Assembly (NCBI GenBank): GCA_964188305.1
Contig: OZ076889.1
Length of the DNA stretch: 64,000 bases
Direction: 5' to 3' (one strand)
DNA from: Podarcis bocagei
Taxonomy: Eukaryota
Shown here: positions 11,711 through 23,839 of the stretch, in pieces
Layout of the letters: each line of letters starts with the position of its first letter
Position numbering within the stretch: position 1 is the first letter of the stretch
Program-made: the position numbers and the translations under genes
Notes under the pieces: model-generated
What the model saw: only the letters and a program-made list of their open reading frames with translations
Database searches by the model: none
What the model was told of the DNA's origin: nothing

Positions 11711-14449
11711 CATCCAGGAGTGGTTGAGATCCTGGGTATCTAAGGCGCCAATCCTTTATACATTTACCCAGGAGTAAGCGTCACTGAGGTTTACTTCTGA
11801 GTAGACATGCAAGGGATTGCATTGACAATTAATAATTCAGGGAGCTGCACTGGGTGTACGTATACCACTAAAGAGATTTACATTTTGAAGAGTTTCTTAG
11901 CAGGAACAAGATGGAATGAAAGGAACGGAAGGCATCGCTATCAAAAACTTTGCTCTGTCTGGAAAAGTAGTGTCTTCTAGCAGCAAGTGTGGGTATCTCT
12001 TGATACTCAGAAAACTGAACTGTTTTAAGAGAGTCACAAAACTACTCCCTAAGTAATGGTAAGATGAATCTACATTGACAAAGTTAGTTTTCATTCAAGG
12101 CCACCTCAAATGCTACAGCTGTTACAGCATAGTAACCTTCTGTACTTTGCATCAGAAAGCCAAGTCCAAATGTGGCTCCCTGGCATATTTCCAGACAACA
12201 CATGAGCCTTTTGTTTATAACTTTATTAATATTAAAATGTGATTCCGCCCCCATCTCTGAACTACTCCAGCCAAGTGCAGATATAATTTTCCATTCTCAA
12301 ATTTGAGCTTATCAGTCTCTTAGGCTGCAATCCTATACACACTTTCCTGAGTAGACCTGCATAAATTTGCTCTGTTGCTGTTGTTCGTGTCATGCAGGAC
12401 TGAAGTAGTGGTGTTTCTTTATGCCTTTCCCATTGATGATGTTCAGGTGGGAGGGGCTTTTCATTACATTGGAGCAGAGACAGAAAAGACCGTGCCAATG
12501 GATAACTGCGCAGTCTTCCTTGGAAGACTATGCTAGTGGAGACCTGGAAAACACCCTACTAGGCTAATCATTTCCCACTAATCTGTTTCCTCTCCTGCAT
12601 GGCTGCCTTAGAAACAGCTGGCAGTGTAAAAAGGTATAAAGCTAAAACCAAGGAGACCCAGATAGATTCTGTAGAGCTTATGGATCAGCGCTTATCAGAG
12701 ACAGAACAGCTGAACTTAAGATGGTGCCAGCTTTGTGTTTATGTTCCCGTCAGGGACAGCAAATCACAGTTGCAACCAAGATGGTACGCTAAATGTTGTT
12801 TGGCGTCTGCGTTTTACACTGATAGAGCTTCCAGATCACAGTCATACCATGTTTCTATATCATGTGTTGAATATATTCTGGGTTTCAGTTTTATTTGTAT
12901 AGTGCCATCAATGCCCATGTTGCAGCGTACACAAGAAATATGACATGACACATCTATAACAACTGTGTATAAGAACTCAGCTAGAGACTACCCAGCACCT
13001 CTCAGATACAACACATCCATCAACCTCATTCCTAGCCACCAGCTTTTGTATAATAAGTGATGCTTCTCTGTCTACCTGGATAGCATCTAATGAATCCTCT
13101 GGGCTTTGCTTATGCTGGGAGGGAGCTATTGAACTGAAGTGATGAAATAAGAGCTACTGCGGGTAATTTGAACTGTTGGGAGGTGGAAACCACCCAAAAC
13201 CAAAACCCTGCCATAACCAAAGGTGGATCCTTACACGACGTAGTGCTACCCCCTGTGAGAATGCCTCATGAGTGTCTGTGTCTTTTGTGAGCATGAATGG
13301 AATTACGGCAGCACAGCAATTAGAAACAGGACCTTATGCTGTTCTATGGTTCTCAACAGTCACCTGATGCCAGCTTGTCTCATGGGAACATTATAGGCCT
13401 AACACCCGCACCTTTAGATCAGCCTAGCAGATTGGCTGCCGGCATACTAAAAGCAATGTACAACCCTGCCAAGGCTGGCTCCATCCCAACAATGTAGTCT
13501 GATGCCGTGGACCACCTGGCTGATGGAACAGCCTGCTGTAATGTGAGTACAACCCCCCAGATGATACAATAAAGATGCTCTTAAGGGACGGGAGAATCCC
13601 TCATGGCCTACCTTTCTGGAGTGGTTGTAGAGACCATCAGATGCTGCCAGATAAGTGAGGTCCCAGTGCCCGTCAGGTTGATAGCAGTCTGGCCTGCCTG
13701 GCTCACTTTCAGTTTAGGATGCCAGTTTGCCTGGCAAAGGAACTATACTGGATTCTTCCCTTTCTTTCTTTCTCTGCCTGTACACATTGGAAGGAAGGTC
13801 ACAGCAGATGGGGAGGAGGGGGGTAAAGATCAGCCCAGAGATTAGAGAGGCATTTTTAGCCAGCCAATCGGTGGCCAGGCTGTGAGTAATGACTCGCTGA
13901 CAGCACAAGGTGAAAACATTACTGCAGAGAAAGCAAAAAAATAAGATCAGGGGGTGTAAGTGCTCTCCCTTTCCTGGGATCCCCCTATTTCCCATTCCTG
14001 CCCCCCCTTATATTTGCCTTTTTATCTAGCCTTTTGCAAATTTGTCCCTTTCTTTCACCTCCCATTTCCCCTTCTACTTCCCTCTACTTTCTCCTTTCTT
14101 CTCGCCTTTCTCATTCTTGCTTCCTTGTCACTTCAACAGTTCCCACCACCACCACCAGATTCTCAGAGCTAAAGCAGACTGATGCCAATCACATATTTAG
14201 CCCCTGTGTGGGCTGAAAGGAATATTATCGCAATTAGGGGGGGGAGTAGCTGGAAAACTGTTTAACAAATGATTAAACAATTTATTTTAAAAAATGAATA
14301 GGGGTCATAAAATGGTACCCTTCAAGACAGTTATGGTGAATGTGTGCTGAGCTTCAAAGAGCTACCAATCAAAGCATCTATGTCACACCCACTGGTATGG
14401 ACAGAAGACAGCAGGATGTACACACAAAAGAGGCATGATACTATAGATA

Positions 14450-14586
14450 CTATAGGGAAGATGTGGCCCTCCATCTGTTGCTGAACTCCAGTTCCCATCA
14501 TCCCTGGCCATTGGCTATGCTTGCTGGGGCTGACAGGAGTTGGGAGTCCAACAACACCTGGAGGAACACAGCTTCCCCAGAACTGC
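14450..14586. mobile_element. Diverged palindromic hAT MITE (related to the 5469 and 9358 copies)
   Basis: Shared internal TCCCATCATCCCT...GGAGTTGGGAGTCCAACAACACCTGGAGG sequence. Confidence 0.6.
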
Positions 14587-14998
14587 TCTAGATAATGTGG
14601 ATAGCCAGTTGCAATTGTGCTTGTAGCTTACAGCTGAAGAGCAATGACTGGGGCTAAGTCTGGAAGCAGGCATTGTGGCTCTGTTTGTTTCCTTTGAAAA
14701 AAAATGAACTATGTTTTGCCCATGTGCATTATACTGAAACAGCTTGTATAAAAACAACATTAAAGTAAAATAAATATCACTGCTGCTAGACATTCTAAAC
14801 ATGTTTGGAAAACTCTGCAGATAAAAAGATGGGCCACATATGAGTAATGCCGAAAATAATCCTTGGATTACCTGGGTAGCAGTACATGCAAAGATGGATT
14901 CTGTAGTATACGCTTTTAGAAAAGAACGTTGTAATTATTAAACCAAAGAAACTGAACTCCATTGACGAAAACCTGCTGTGAGAGAATCAGGCCACTAG

Positions 14999-15016
14999 TT
15001 TGCCCTCTTGTGGCGA
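14999..15016 (-). promoter_or_regulatory. Candidate CTCF site
   Basis: Minus strand reads GCCACAAGAGGGCA, close to the CTCF core CCASYAGRKGGC; motif evidence only. Confidence 0.35.
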
Positions 15017-15477
15017 TGTGTTACACTTGATACAATCCAAACTGGAAAGGTATCATAGTGCTTTTATTAGGGCAAACTAAAAATCACAAAACAGTGATGC
15101 TTTATGGTCTGCAGTGGAACATAAGAAAGGTAGTGTGACACTGCTCCTGTACATATCCCCCACCCCATCAACATTTCCGTCTGCAGTTTTTCTTTCTTGC
15201 TTGACACAGTCAGCCCAGAATAGTCCTGAACTCCAGGGAATATGTATCGGGCTTTGACTGGCCAATGTTTTCTTCTCATGCATACCGCTGCTGCTGTAGA
15301 TGTGGAATAATTGCACTGCAGCCAAAGGAATTTGTTATGTAACTGAAACAACAAAAACGTGTAACTTCCAAATGAAGGAAAGATGATTTCCTGAATCCAG
15401 GACAAATGGACTGAAGAAACAGCTTTCCTTTTAAACGATGCTATGGCATAATGTTAACATTTACTTACTGCCCCAAA

Positions 15478-15618
15478 CATGGGCATATGTTAGGGGGCGC
15501 AAGATTTATGGGAGGGGGCAGAAGCGAGCTTTCTGCGATGCAATTGGTCAGATTGTTAAGTATTTTTATTTATTTACTTGATTTGGAGGAGGGCAGCTGC
15601 CCCCTGGCTACACTCATG
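15478..15618. mobile_element. Probable short MITE related to 43244-43384
   Basis: CATGGGCAT... / ...CTGGCTACACTCATG ends; shared GGGCAGCTGCCCCC motif. Confidence 0.45.
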
Positions 15619-16256
15619 GAAAGGTTCACATCACCTCAAAAATGTTTGCTTCTGACGTTGTTCTCTTTTGTGTCATGAGAAAATGGTTAAATTGCAAAAA
15701 AACCAAACCAAACCAAACCAAATCAAATGACAGCCTGATATTTCCTGGGGCAAGTCAAAGCATTGACTAGGTGGGAGTTGAGGAGATTTGATCCTGATTT
15801 AATCAAAGGTAGAAAGGAGGTTTGCTCTGTAACATTTCCTGCACTCTTTACAGTCACCCAACTAAGTTCCAAACGGGAACAAACTTACCGTACTTAACTT
15901 GTCAGATATAGCTTCTGACCTTGATGGAAATGACCTGCCTACTCTGCAGGAATGTCTTGCCATGACATCCACATTACTGCATCCTTTCTGCATGAGAGCA
16001 GCTGGCTCATTTGCCATTAAAGACAAATGGCACCTGCCTCTCCACAGCTGCCTCTCCTTTTGACATGATGCTTGAGCAGTTCCTGTCTAGGCTGAAAGCA
16101 GTGGGGTTCTGTCTACCCAAGGGCCTTGTGTGCAGACAGAAGTCATCTCCTCCAAAACAATTTGGGGTGTCCTAGAATCCAACCCACCCTACCTGTGTCC
16201 TAGCCTCAAAGGTCATTTCCAGACAATCTCTTTGTTCTGTCTTCCTCCTCAATCTA

Positions 16257-16515
16257 CCGTATTTTTTGCTCTATAAGACTCACTTTTTCCCTCCTAAAAA
16301 GTAAGGGGAAATGTGTGTGCGTCTTATGGAGCGAATGCAGGCTGTGCAGCTATCCTAGAAGCCAGAACAGCAAGAGGGATTGCTGCTTTCACTGCGCAGT
16401 GATCCCTCTTGCTGTTCTGGCTTCTGAGATTCAGAATATTTTTTTTCTTGTTTTCCTCCTCCAAAAATTAGGTGCATCTTGTGGTCCGGTGCATCTTATA
16501 GAGCGAAAAATACGG
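16257..16515. mobile_element. Tc1/Mariner-type MITE
   Basis: TIRs CCGTATTTTTTGCTCTATAAGA / TCTTATAGAGCGAAAAATACGG; TA on the left flank. Confidence 0.8.
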
Positions 16516-17324
16516 CATTTGTTTATAGGGAGGTTGAATGATGCTGGCTATTTAGTTAAAGCATTTATTCTGATTTGTTTGCAAGGAGGTTATGCAATAG
16601 TGCATGAAGCATTTGCTATCCTAATCCTGCACTTCCCAGTGCATTTTTCTGTCACTTTGGAGGTGGGGGTGGAGGAAGAAGGTTTGTTGCACAAGAAAAC
16701 AAAAATTAACCCAAATTGCACAATCTGAATTTGGCAGTATGCGATTGAATGCCACCCCAAAATAGAGACAATCTGGAAGTTCCCTAAGGCAAAGTAAGGG
16801 CACTTGCAGATGTGGCTCCCAGCAGTAATGATAGTGCTGAATCAGGAAGCGCAACTGGAAGTACCTCAAAAAATGGTCACTTCTATATATAGCATTTTGC
16901 AGGGATCAGCATTCTGAATCAGATTACGAGTCAGACAACCCACATTGAAGGTTCCAGCTCCTGTGCTGATTGCTCTTAGTCCAGATGGCCTGGCAGGATC
17001 AGCTCAGACAGCAAGAGTAAAAGCAGACGGAATAATGATGGTAGTTCTAAATTCCTTCAGTAACTGCATAGCCAGTGGAAGCCCTAGAGAATACTCCCCA
17101 CTGTGGAAGTTTAGAGGTACCACCACTATGTGAGGCATTACAGTAGCTTTGCCACCCATGCTGATCCTTCATATATGTCTGAACTTGCAACAGTTGGCTT
17201 AGGGACTGGCCTTGGGCATGCTTGTGAGTGACTACTAGTATTCTGACTCAAAGTGCTGCTTATCCACACAACACAATGCTGGGACATGCCCTAAATGTGC
17301 ATTTCTAAAGTAGTCTGAGAGTTT

Positions 17325-17520
17325 GGGAAGGAACCATAGCTCAATGGTAAAGTACATAATTTGCATGCAGGAGACCCCAGGTTCAATTCCTGGCATGCCC
17401 AGGTAGGGCTGGGAGAGACCCGTGTTTAAACTCTCGGAGAGCTGCTGCCAGTGTAGACTATCCTGAGCTAGATGGATGAATAGTGTGACTCAGTATAAAG
17501 CAGTTTACTGTATTCCTATG
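17325..17520 (+). mobile_element. tRNA-derived SINE with CR1-like tail
   Basis: A box TAGCTCAATGG, B box GGTTCAATTCC, tail ...GAGCTAGATGGA...CAGTATAAAGCAG...TTCCTATG. Confidence 0.7.
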
Positions 17521-19179
17521 CTCAGAAGCACCAGCAAAGCCCTTGCATCAGCTGATTGGTGGGGTTTGAAAAGGGCAGCACACACAACTATCATGCTGAT
17601 CATCCATCCAGGCAGAATTGGGTCACCTGACATCACAATGACAGGTGTGTAGCACTACCCACTCGTCAGCCTTGGCTTGTGTGGCTAGGTGGGGGTGGGG
17701 ATAAGGATTTTGCCCACCAGTTGGATCCAGTTCCCTACACGTGATTATCCATTGGATAATGAAGATCCTTGCAAAGGTGAACATATTTGCAGGGAAAGGG
17801 GGATGTACATGTATGGCAACACCACATGCGTTTTATCCAGAGGAGGCAAAAGAGGAGGAGGAAGGATTCACAGTAATAATTCTAGATGGGTCTAGGTGAA
17901 TATATGAAACAAGGAAAAGTAAAAGAGGGAGCACAGGTCAGGACACAGATCCAAATGTGGTATGCAGCCTTAGTCTGTGATGTTAATTTCTTCCTTTTAC
18001 ATTAGCATGGAGTATATAAATGGGGGTTGGGATTCTCACACCTGCCCTCTGGCATTGATTTGAGATGTTACAGACACCCTTTCCTTCAGACCTTGCATCT
18101 AGGAAGTGGCTCTGTGTTGGTTGGTTTACATATGCACCAGAAACAAGAGCATAGTTATTTGAGCTGGGACAGCATTGACAGTCCTCTGGGGAACCTCTCT
18201 CTCACTGTCTACTCAGCCAAAGCTGACTGCTACCCTTCTCCTGTATTATTCATTCTCCTTTACACAGTCCCTGATTGGTGGCATGGATGCAATGTGATAT
18301 GTTAAACTGGTACATGGCTGTGATGAAACTAGGCTGGTGTAGAGGAGCTCCATCTCTCCACTGCTCTGACTCAGACTTTTAGAAGGAGTTGCTTTTAAAA
18401 GGGAAGGAACATGAAGAGTAACTTTTAAGCAGACCCACACCATACATTTAAAGCACATTCAATGCACATTTAAAGCACATGACTTCCCCCAGAGAATCCT
18501 GGGAAATGTACCCCTCACAGAGCGACAGCTCCCACCACCCTTAACAAACTACACTTCTCGGGATTATTTGGGGAAAGTGGGTTTTTTTTGTCCAATCAGA
18601 AGGCTGAACTGGATGTCAGGTGGAGCCACATGATGCTTGATTTGATCAGCAAGAATATCTGCTGGTTTCCCTGTTCTCCTGGAAAGGTTGAGGAGTGGAA
18701 GCCAAAGACTATATCACTTAATCTGAAAGGTTCAGTGGCTTCTATTTAACATCTAGGGTTGCTACCTCCCCCCAAACACAGGTCTATCGCTCTTAAGAGC
18801 TGCACAACAGACAGAAATGAGCAGGCGCAGTTTTCAAAAGAGTGCAGAGGTGCTGGTATGTGGGAGAAGATTGGCTTATATGTGCAAAACTATAATGAAT
18901 AATGTTTTCAAGACTTGGAAGGGCTCTTGTGAAGATACAGCTCTATGAATGCCATCCTCCAACTGAAGTGTGCTTAAGGTAGACTGATAACTCCTACCCT
19001 TAGAACCATATTATTTATTTCATTTCATTTACGAAATGCCTCCTGTGAAGCAACCTGAAGCAATTAACAACAAAAACATGTAAATTACAATTTCTAGTTT
19101 GATGCAGATAAAGACTGGGATCAAAATGTCCACTTAAGAATGCTTGTTGGAAGAGGAAGGTGTTAAACAGTCACCAAAA

Positions 19180-19500
19180 CGCTAATAGAGATGGTGCCTG
19201 TCTAATATTCCATGGAAGGAAGGTGCAAAGGGCAGGTGCTGCTATACTAAAAGTCTGATTCCTACATTGTACGGGGCAGACCTATTGCTGGGATGGCATC
19301 TGCAGGAGCACCTCTTTGATACAGAAAGGTGATACAGGCTTTTAGGCAGCCTACACCTGAGCTATAAAGGCTTCGTACATTAGCACTAGTACCTTGAACT
19401 TAGACTGGAAGCTCACTGGCAGCCAGTGCAATTATTTTAACAATAGAGTTACATGATTGTGATATTCTGTGCCAACAGTCAAGCCATTGCATTTGACACT
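19180..19500 (-). mobile_element. L2-clade LINE ORF2 C-terminal fragment
   Basis: Reverse translation gives LHWLPVSFQSKFKVLVL, matching the L2/CR1-clade LHWLPxxxRIxFK motif. Confidence 0.65.
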
Positions 19501-19517
19501 GGCTACATCTTCTGGGA

Positions 19518-19873
19518 GGGACACGGGTGGTGCTGTGGGTAAAACCTCAGTGCCTAGGACTTGCCGATCATCAGGTCGGCAGTTCGAATCCCAGAGGCGG
19601 GGTGCGCTCCCTTTGCTCGGTCCCAGCGCCTGCCAACCTAGCAGTTCGAAAGCACCCCCGGGTGCAAGTAGATAAATAGGGACCGCTTACTAGCGGGAAG
19701 GTAAACGGTGTTTCCGTGTGCTGTGCTGGCTCGCCAGATGCAGCTTGTCGCGCTGGCCACGTGACCCGGAAGTGTCTTCGGACAGCGCTGGCCCCCGGCC
19801 TCTTAAGTGAGATGGGCGCACAACCCTAGAGTCGGACACGTCTGGCCCGTACAGGCAGGGGTACCTTTACCTT
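19518..19873 (+). mobile_element. Sauria SINE, full length (variant subfamily)
   Basis: GGGACACGGGTGGTGCTGTGGG head, GTTCGAATCC B box, ACCTTT tail; perfect 14-bp TSD TACATCTTCTGGGA. Confidence 0.9.
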
Positions 19874-19883
19874 TACATCTTCT

Positions 19884-20189
19884 GGGACACAGGTGGTGCT
19901 GTGGGTTAAACCACAGAGCCTAGGACTTGCCGATCAGAAGGTTAGCAGTTTGAATCCCAGCAACGGGGTGAGCTCCCGTTGCTCGGTCCCTGCTCCTGCC
20001 AACCTAGCAGTTCGAAAGCATGTCAAAGTGCAAGTAGATAAATAGGTACCACTCCGGCGGGAAGGTAAACAGCGTTTCAGTGCGCTGTACGCCGGCTCCC
20101 TTGGCCAATAAAGCGAGATGAGCACTGAAACCCCAGAGTCGGCCATGACTGGACCTCTAATGGTCAGGGGTCCCTTTACCTTTTACCTT
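19884..20189 (+). mobile_element. Sauria (POM-type) SINE with an internal deletion
   Basis: Very similar to the copy at 49716; ACCTTT tail; TSD TACATCTTYTGGG. Confidence 0.9.
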
Positions 20190-20299
20190 TACATCTTTTG
20201 GGCCAAACAGAAGATTTGGAGGTGTTCGCAATCAAAGCTGGTAGAAGGCACTCCTAGTTACTGGGCTCACCTAGGCCTCTAGTAACATGGATGGATCAA

Positions 20300-20640
20300 T
20301 TAGCATCCCTAAACTATGAACCTCCTCTTTCAGAGAGAGTATGAGCCCCTTCCAAAGCAAGTGAATGACCAATTATCCAGACTTGGGTACTGCTTACCCA
20401 CAATACCTGTGGCTTGCCAGAATTTAGAATCAGTTTGTTGGCCCTCATTCAGCCACTGGCCTACAGCTTGAATGGCTTCTCCTAATTCAAGTGTTACACA
20501 GAAATAAATCTGGATATCATCATCATACTGATGACACCTTGCACAAAATCTTCTAATGACAGCGCCCAATGATTTCATATACATGTTACATAGCACTGAG
20601 AAAAGGATGGTGTCCTGTGGCATCCCACAGCACAGCTGCA
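20300..20640 (-). mobile_element. L2-clade LINE reverse transcriptase fragment
   Basis: ORF 20330..20692 contains GMPQDTILFSVLCNMYMKSLG...CHQYDDDIQIYF, a degenerate GVPQGS...YADD RT motif. Confidence 0.85.
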
Positions 20641-20844
20641 GGGGCCAAAAAGAGAATACTCCGCGATATTCTTTGAAACCAAGATGATTCACACTTTTTT
20701 AAAAGCATGCTTTTAAACCAGTCACTTTTATTTTGAAGAAAAAGCAGTCATGGGGCCCTGATCCAGAATGTGTGCCTGAACTAGATCAGGACCCTGCACC
20801 AATTTCCCTTCCTTAGCTTGTTCTATTTGCAGTAAACATCTGTA

Positions 20845-21070
20845 CTGTGGTACCTCGGGTTACAGATGCTTCAGGTTACAGACGCCGCTAACCCAGAAAT
20901 AATACCTCAGGTTAAGAACTTTGCTTCAGGATGAGAACAGAAATCGTGCTCCGGTGGCGCGGCGGCAGCAGGAGGCTCCATTAGATAAAGTGGTGCCTCG
21001 GGTTAATAACAGTTTCAGGTTAAAAACGGACTTCCGGAACGAATTAAGTACATAACCTGAGGTACCACTG
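20845..21070. mobile_element. Tc1/Mariner (Tigger-like) MITE
   Basis: TIRs CTGTGGTACCTCGGGTTA / TAACCTGAGGTACCACTG; same family as 33453-33693 in the opposite orientation. Confidence 0.85.
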
Positions 21071-21512
21071 CATTTCTTAATAACAATGAGAAAAAAGAAG
21101 TACTCAGTGACTATTTTAGCTCTGTGACGCATGACACAAGTGTGAGAGTGGACCAGTAGAAAGAGGGAGGATACTGTATTTTGTTTCTACATCACTTTCT
21201 AAGAATCATTTAAGGCCCGCCTTGGTGAAAATTTCAGGAACCTAGTTTATTTTAATAATTACACTGCCCCCTTCTGGTCTTCTGTTCCGCCTGGCCTTTG
21301 GCTTGGAGCCAATTTGATTCCCTCCCTCCCTCTATTTCTTTTTTCTTTTCCTTCTCCTCCTGCAACGAGGCTACATTTTAATATTTTAATGTTTCAATAT
21401 TTTAATGTTGTATTTTAATTTTGTTTTTAAGTTGTAATCATTCAACTTGTTTTTATTATTGCGTGTAAGCCACTGTGAGCCCGGCCTTGACTGGGGAGGG
21501 CGGGGTATAAAG

Positions 21513-21528
21513 AATAATAATAATAATA

Positions 21529-21594
<66 letters not shown>
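21513..21594. repeat. (AAT)6 abutting (TAT)~21 microsatellite at the tail of a LINE-like 3' end (~21200-21512)
   Basis: Directly visible. Confidence 0.9.
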
Positions 21595-21595
<1 letters not shown>

Positions 21596-22726
21596 TGTGG
21601 GCAGGACCATAGTTTATGAAAGTTTCCCATAACCCAGAGGGAGAAAAGGAACTTTTGTTTAATCTTTACACATAGAAAAGCATTTTCACACATATTTCCT
21701 TGGTAACTGTATTTAAACAATCATACCAAACAATTTCACCATGGCATCTCCATAAGAACTCCGTTAGGAAGTCAAATATTTTCAAAGGAGTAAGGAGAGC
21801 CAAGGTCAAATGGTTACCAGCTGTAGGTGGGAAACCTGTTCTTCATTGCACACAGCTACCTTATCTGAATAGCTACTCACCAGCAACAACAGGCCACATA
21901 ACAGATATTTAAACCTAGGGATGAGAAGAGAATTTCAAAGACTTCATTCCAGGGTAAAATTGTTGAATTAGAATATATTAAGAAATCAAGAAAGAGTCAC
22001 CTTTCCCACTACCAGTGTTAAATAATATAGCAAAGATGTTTGAGTTATCACCAATTATTGCTATTGTGAATGGTCAGTATTTTTATAGCTCCCTTAATTC
22101 CTTCAGTTCAAAACGTTGACCCTTGTAGGGATGCAGGATCTCATGCAGCTGTACAGGCATAGACTCTGCATAAACTCCCTTGCAGACAATTTTTTGTTGC
22201 ATTCTGTGTTTACTTGCGCAGCCCAATTTTCTGCATGCCCTGCATCCTTCATTTTTTCCTTGTGTAATATAGCACAGCAACCCTTCCATTACTTCTTTAT
22301 TTAAATGATTTATAGACCACTTTTTAAGCACATGCTTCACAAAGCATCTCATAACATAAATGCAAATGCAAAGCCAAACACAATAAAAAACCATTAAAAA
22401 TATTCATTTATAAGACTAACCCTAAAATCCATTGCCAAACAATGAAACTGTAGCAATAAAAATTCAGATGGCTTCAGCCTAGCGGCCCATTTATGACCCC
22501 AACATTTATTTACTTACTTACTTACTTACTTACTAAAATGACACCCCACCCTTGCTCCCAAAGGCACTCAGTTTGGCCCATCAAGAGCGCCATGGGAAAA
22601 GTAGGTCTTCAAAGCTCACTGACAGGATATAAGGGATAAGGCTTCTGAGCAGACTCTCTGATGTAGATTTTGAGGTACAGGTGGCCTGGCATTATTAAAT
22701 GACATTTAATGATGATGATGATGATC

Positions 22727-22930
22727 TAGGGTTGCCATATGTCTGGAATTTCCCAGATGCTGGGATTCAGCCGTCGGAAGCAGTGCCTGGGCGGAAAACA
22801 CTTAAATGTCTGGGAAAATCCAGACGTATGGCAACCCATGTAGGAAGTGTAGATTTTGGCGAATTTACTTAAAAATAGCTCAAAAACTTCTCGTGTCTGG
22901 ATTTTCACTTTTTGAAATACGCCAATCCTA
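22727..22930. mobile_element. hAT-like MITE
   Basis: TAGGGTTGCCATAT ... ATACGCCAATCCTA ends, with an extra internal TATGGCAACCC. Confidence 0.65.
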
Positions 22931-23049
22931 GGCCAGTGGTGAAAAACATACCGGTTATTTCAGCCTGAGGGCCACATTTCATTCCCAAGGGCCACATACC
23001 AGTGGTGTTGTTGGGGCCAGAGGCAAAGGTGTCCTGAGGGCCTCCACCT

Positions 23050-23250
23050 CTGGTGTAGGTGGTTCTTTAGGTATATCAAATTGCTAGGGGCTTTAAAAGA
23101 CACATCCAGCACTTTGAATTGGGCCTGGAAACGTGCTGGCAACCACTGCAACTGACCAAGATAGGTGTAGTGTGCTTTGACCAACTGGCACCCGTCAGGA
23201 ATGGGAGGGGGGAGGGCGACATCTTGTGCCAGTTACGAGTTTCTGATCGG
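23050..23250 (-). mobile_element. L2-clade LINE fragment
   Basis: ORF 22960..23184 contains LQWLPARFQAQFKVL...FKA. Confidence 0.65.
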
Positions 23251-23669
23251 TCTTGAAAGGCAGCCCCTCGCAAGAGTGCAACTGCAGGAGCCCAACTGGA
23301 AGGCGCCAGTGTATGAATGCAACGTTGTAATTAATTTGCCGCACGAATACATCAATATAGAAAAGGCTTCAGCAGCACCCAGATTCTAAGCACAAAATTG
23401 ATTCAAGCCCCAGTACTTTCTTATTCCCCAGACTGCTTTAATGCAGCAAATGCTAGGCCTAGCTGTCTTTTGCTAGGTAATGTATGAAATAAAGAAGCGT
23501 ACACAACACGTTAATTAGAGACATTGTTACTTATTACAGTTGGATCTTCATTGTATGTTTATGGCTTTTTAAAAAAGGAACTTTCACAAGAAAATAAAGT
23601 AACATACATCAGAGACAGCTATAATTACGGCTTCCCCGAGTAGCGATTAGACTAGTATTTCTAATCAGA

Positions 23670-23811
23670 CGCTTTCCCTATTTCCGGGTCCACGATAGTT
23701 GAGCAGGGACGCAGAGAACGGAACTCTCGGGCAGCGCAGTAGACACCTCTTTAAACGCAAGGGTCCTTCTAAGGGAGGAAGTGCTCGCACTGCGCATGCT
23801 CCTTCCTTTCC
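23670..23811 (+). promoter_or_regulatory. RPS10: RPS10 promoter with polypyrimidine initiator / 5' TOP
   Basis: CpG-rich; ETS/GABP-like GGAAGTG at 23777-23783, NRF1-like TGCGCATGC at 23791-23799, pyrimidine tract CTCCTTCCTTTCC at 23799-23811. Confidence 0.8.
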
Positions 23812-23839
23812 AGCGTTCGAGCCTCTTGCCGCCGCCACG
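23799..23839 (+). other. RPS10: RPS10 non-coding exon 1 (TSS approximate)
   Basis: TOP tract followed by ...GCCGCCACG|GTAAGG donor. Confidence 0.85.

Noticed and set aside
21442-21720. Poly-Asn/poly-Tyr ORFs (also poly-Cys at 2096-2356 and HYTTL repeats at 48032-48226)
   Set aside because: Translations of microsatellites
1-23600. PACSIN1 exons or an NRSE/REST site expected from synteny
   Set aside because: No PACSIN1 coding sequence or full NRSE was recognised; only half-site-like TCAGCACC matches were seen
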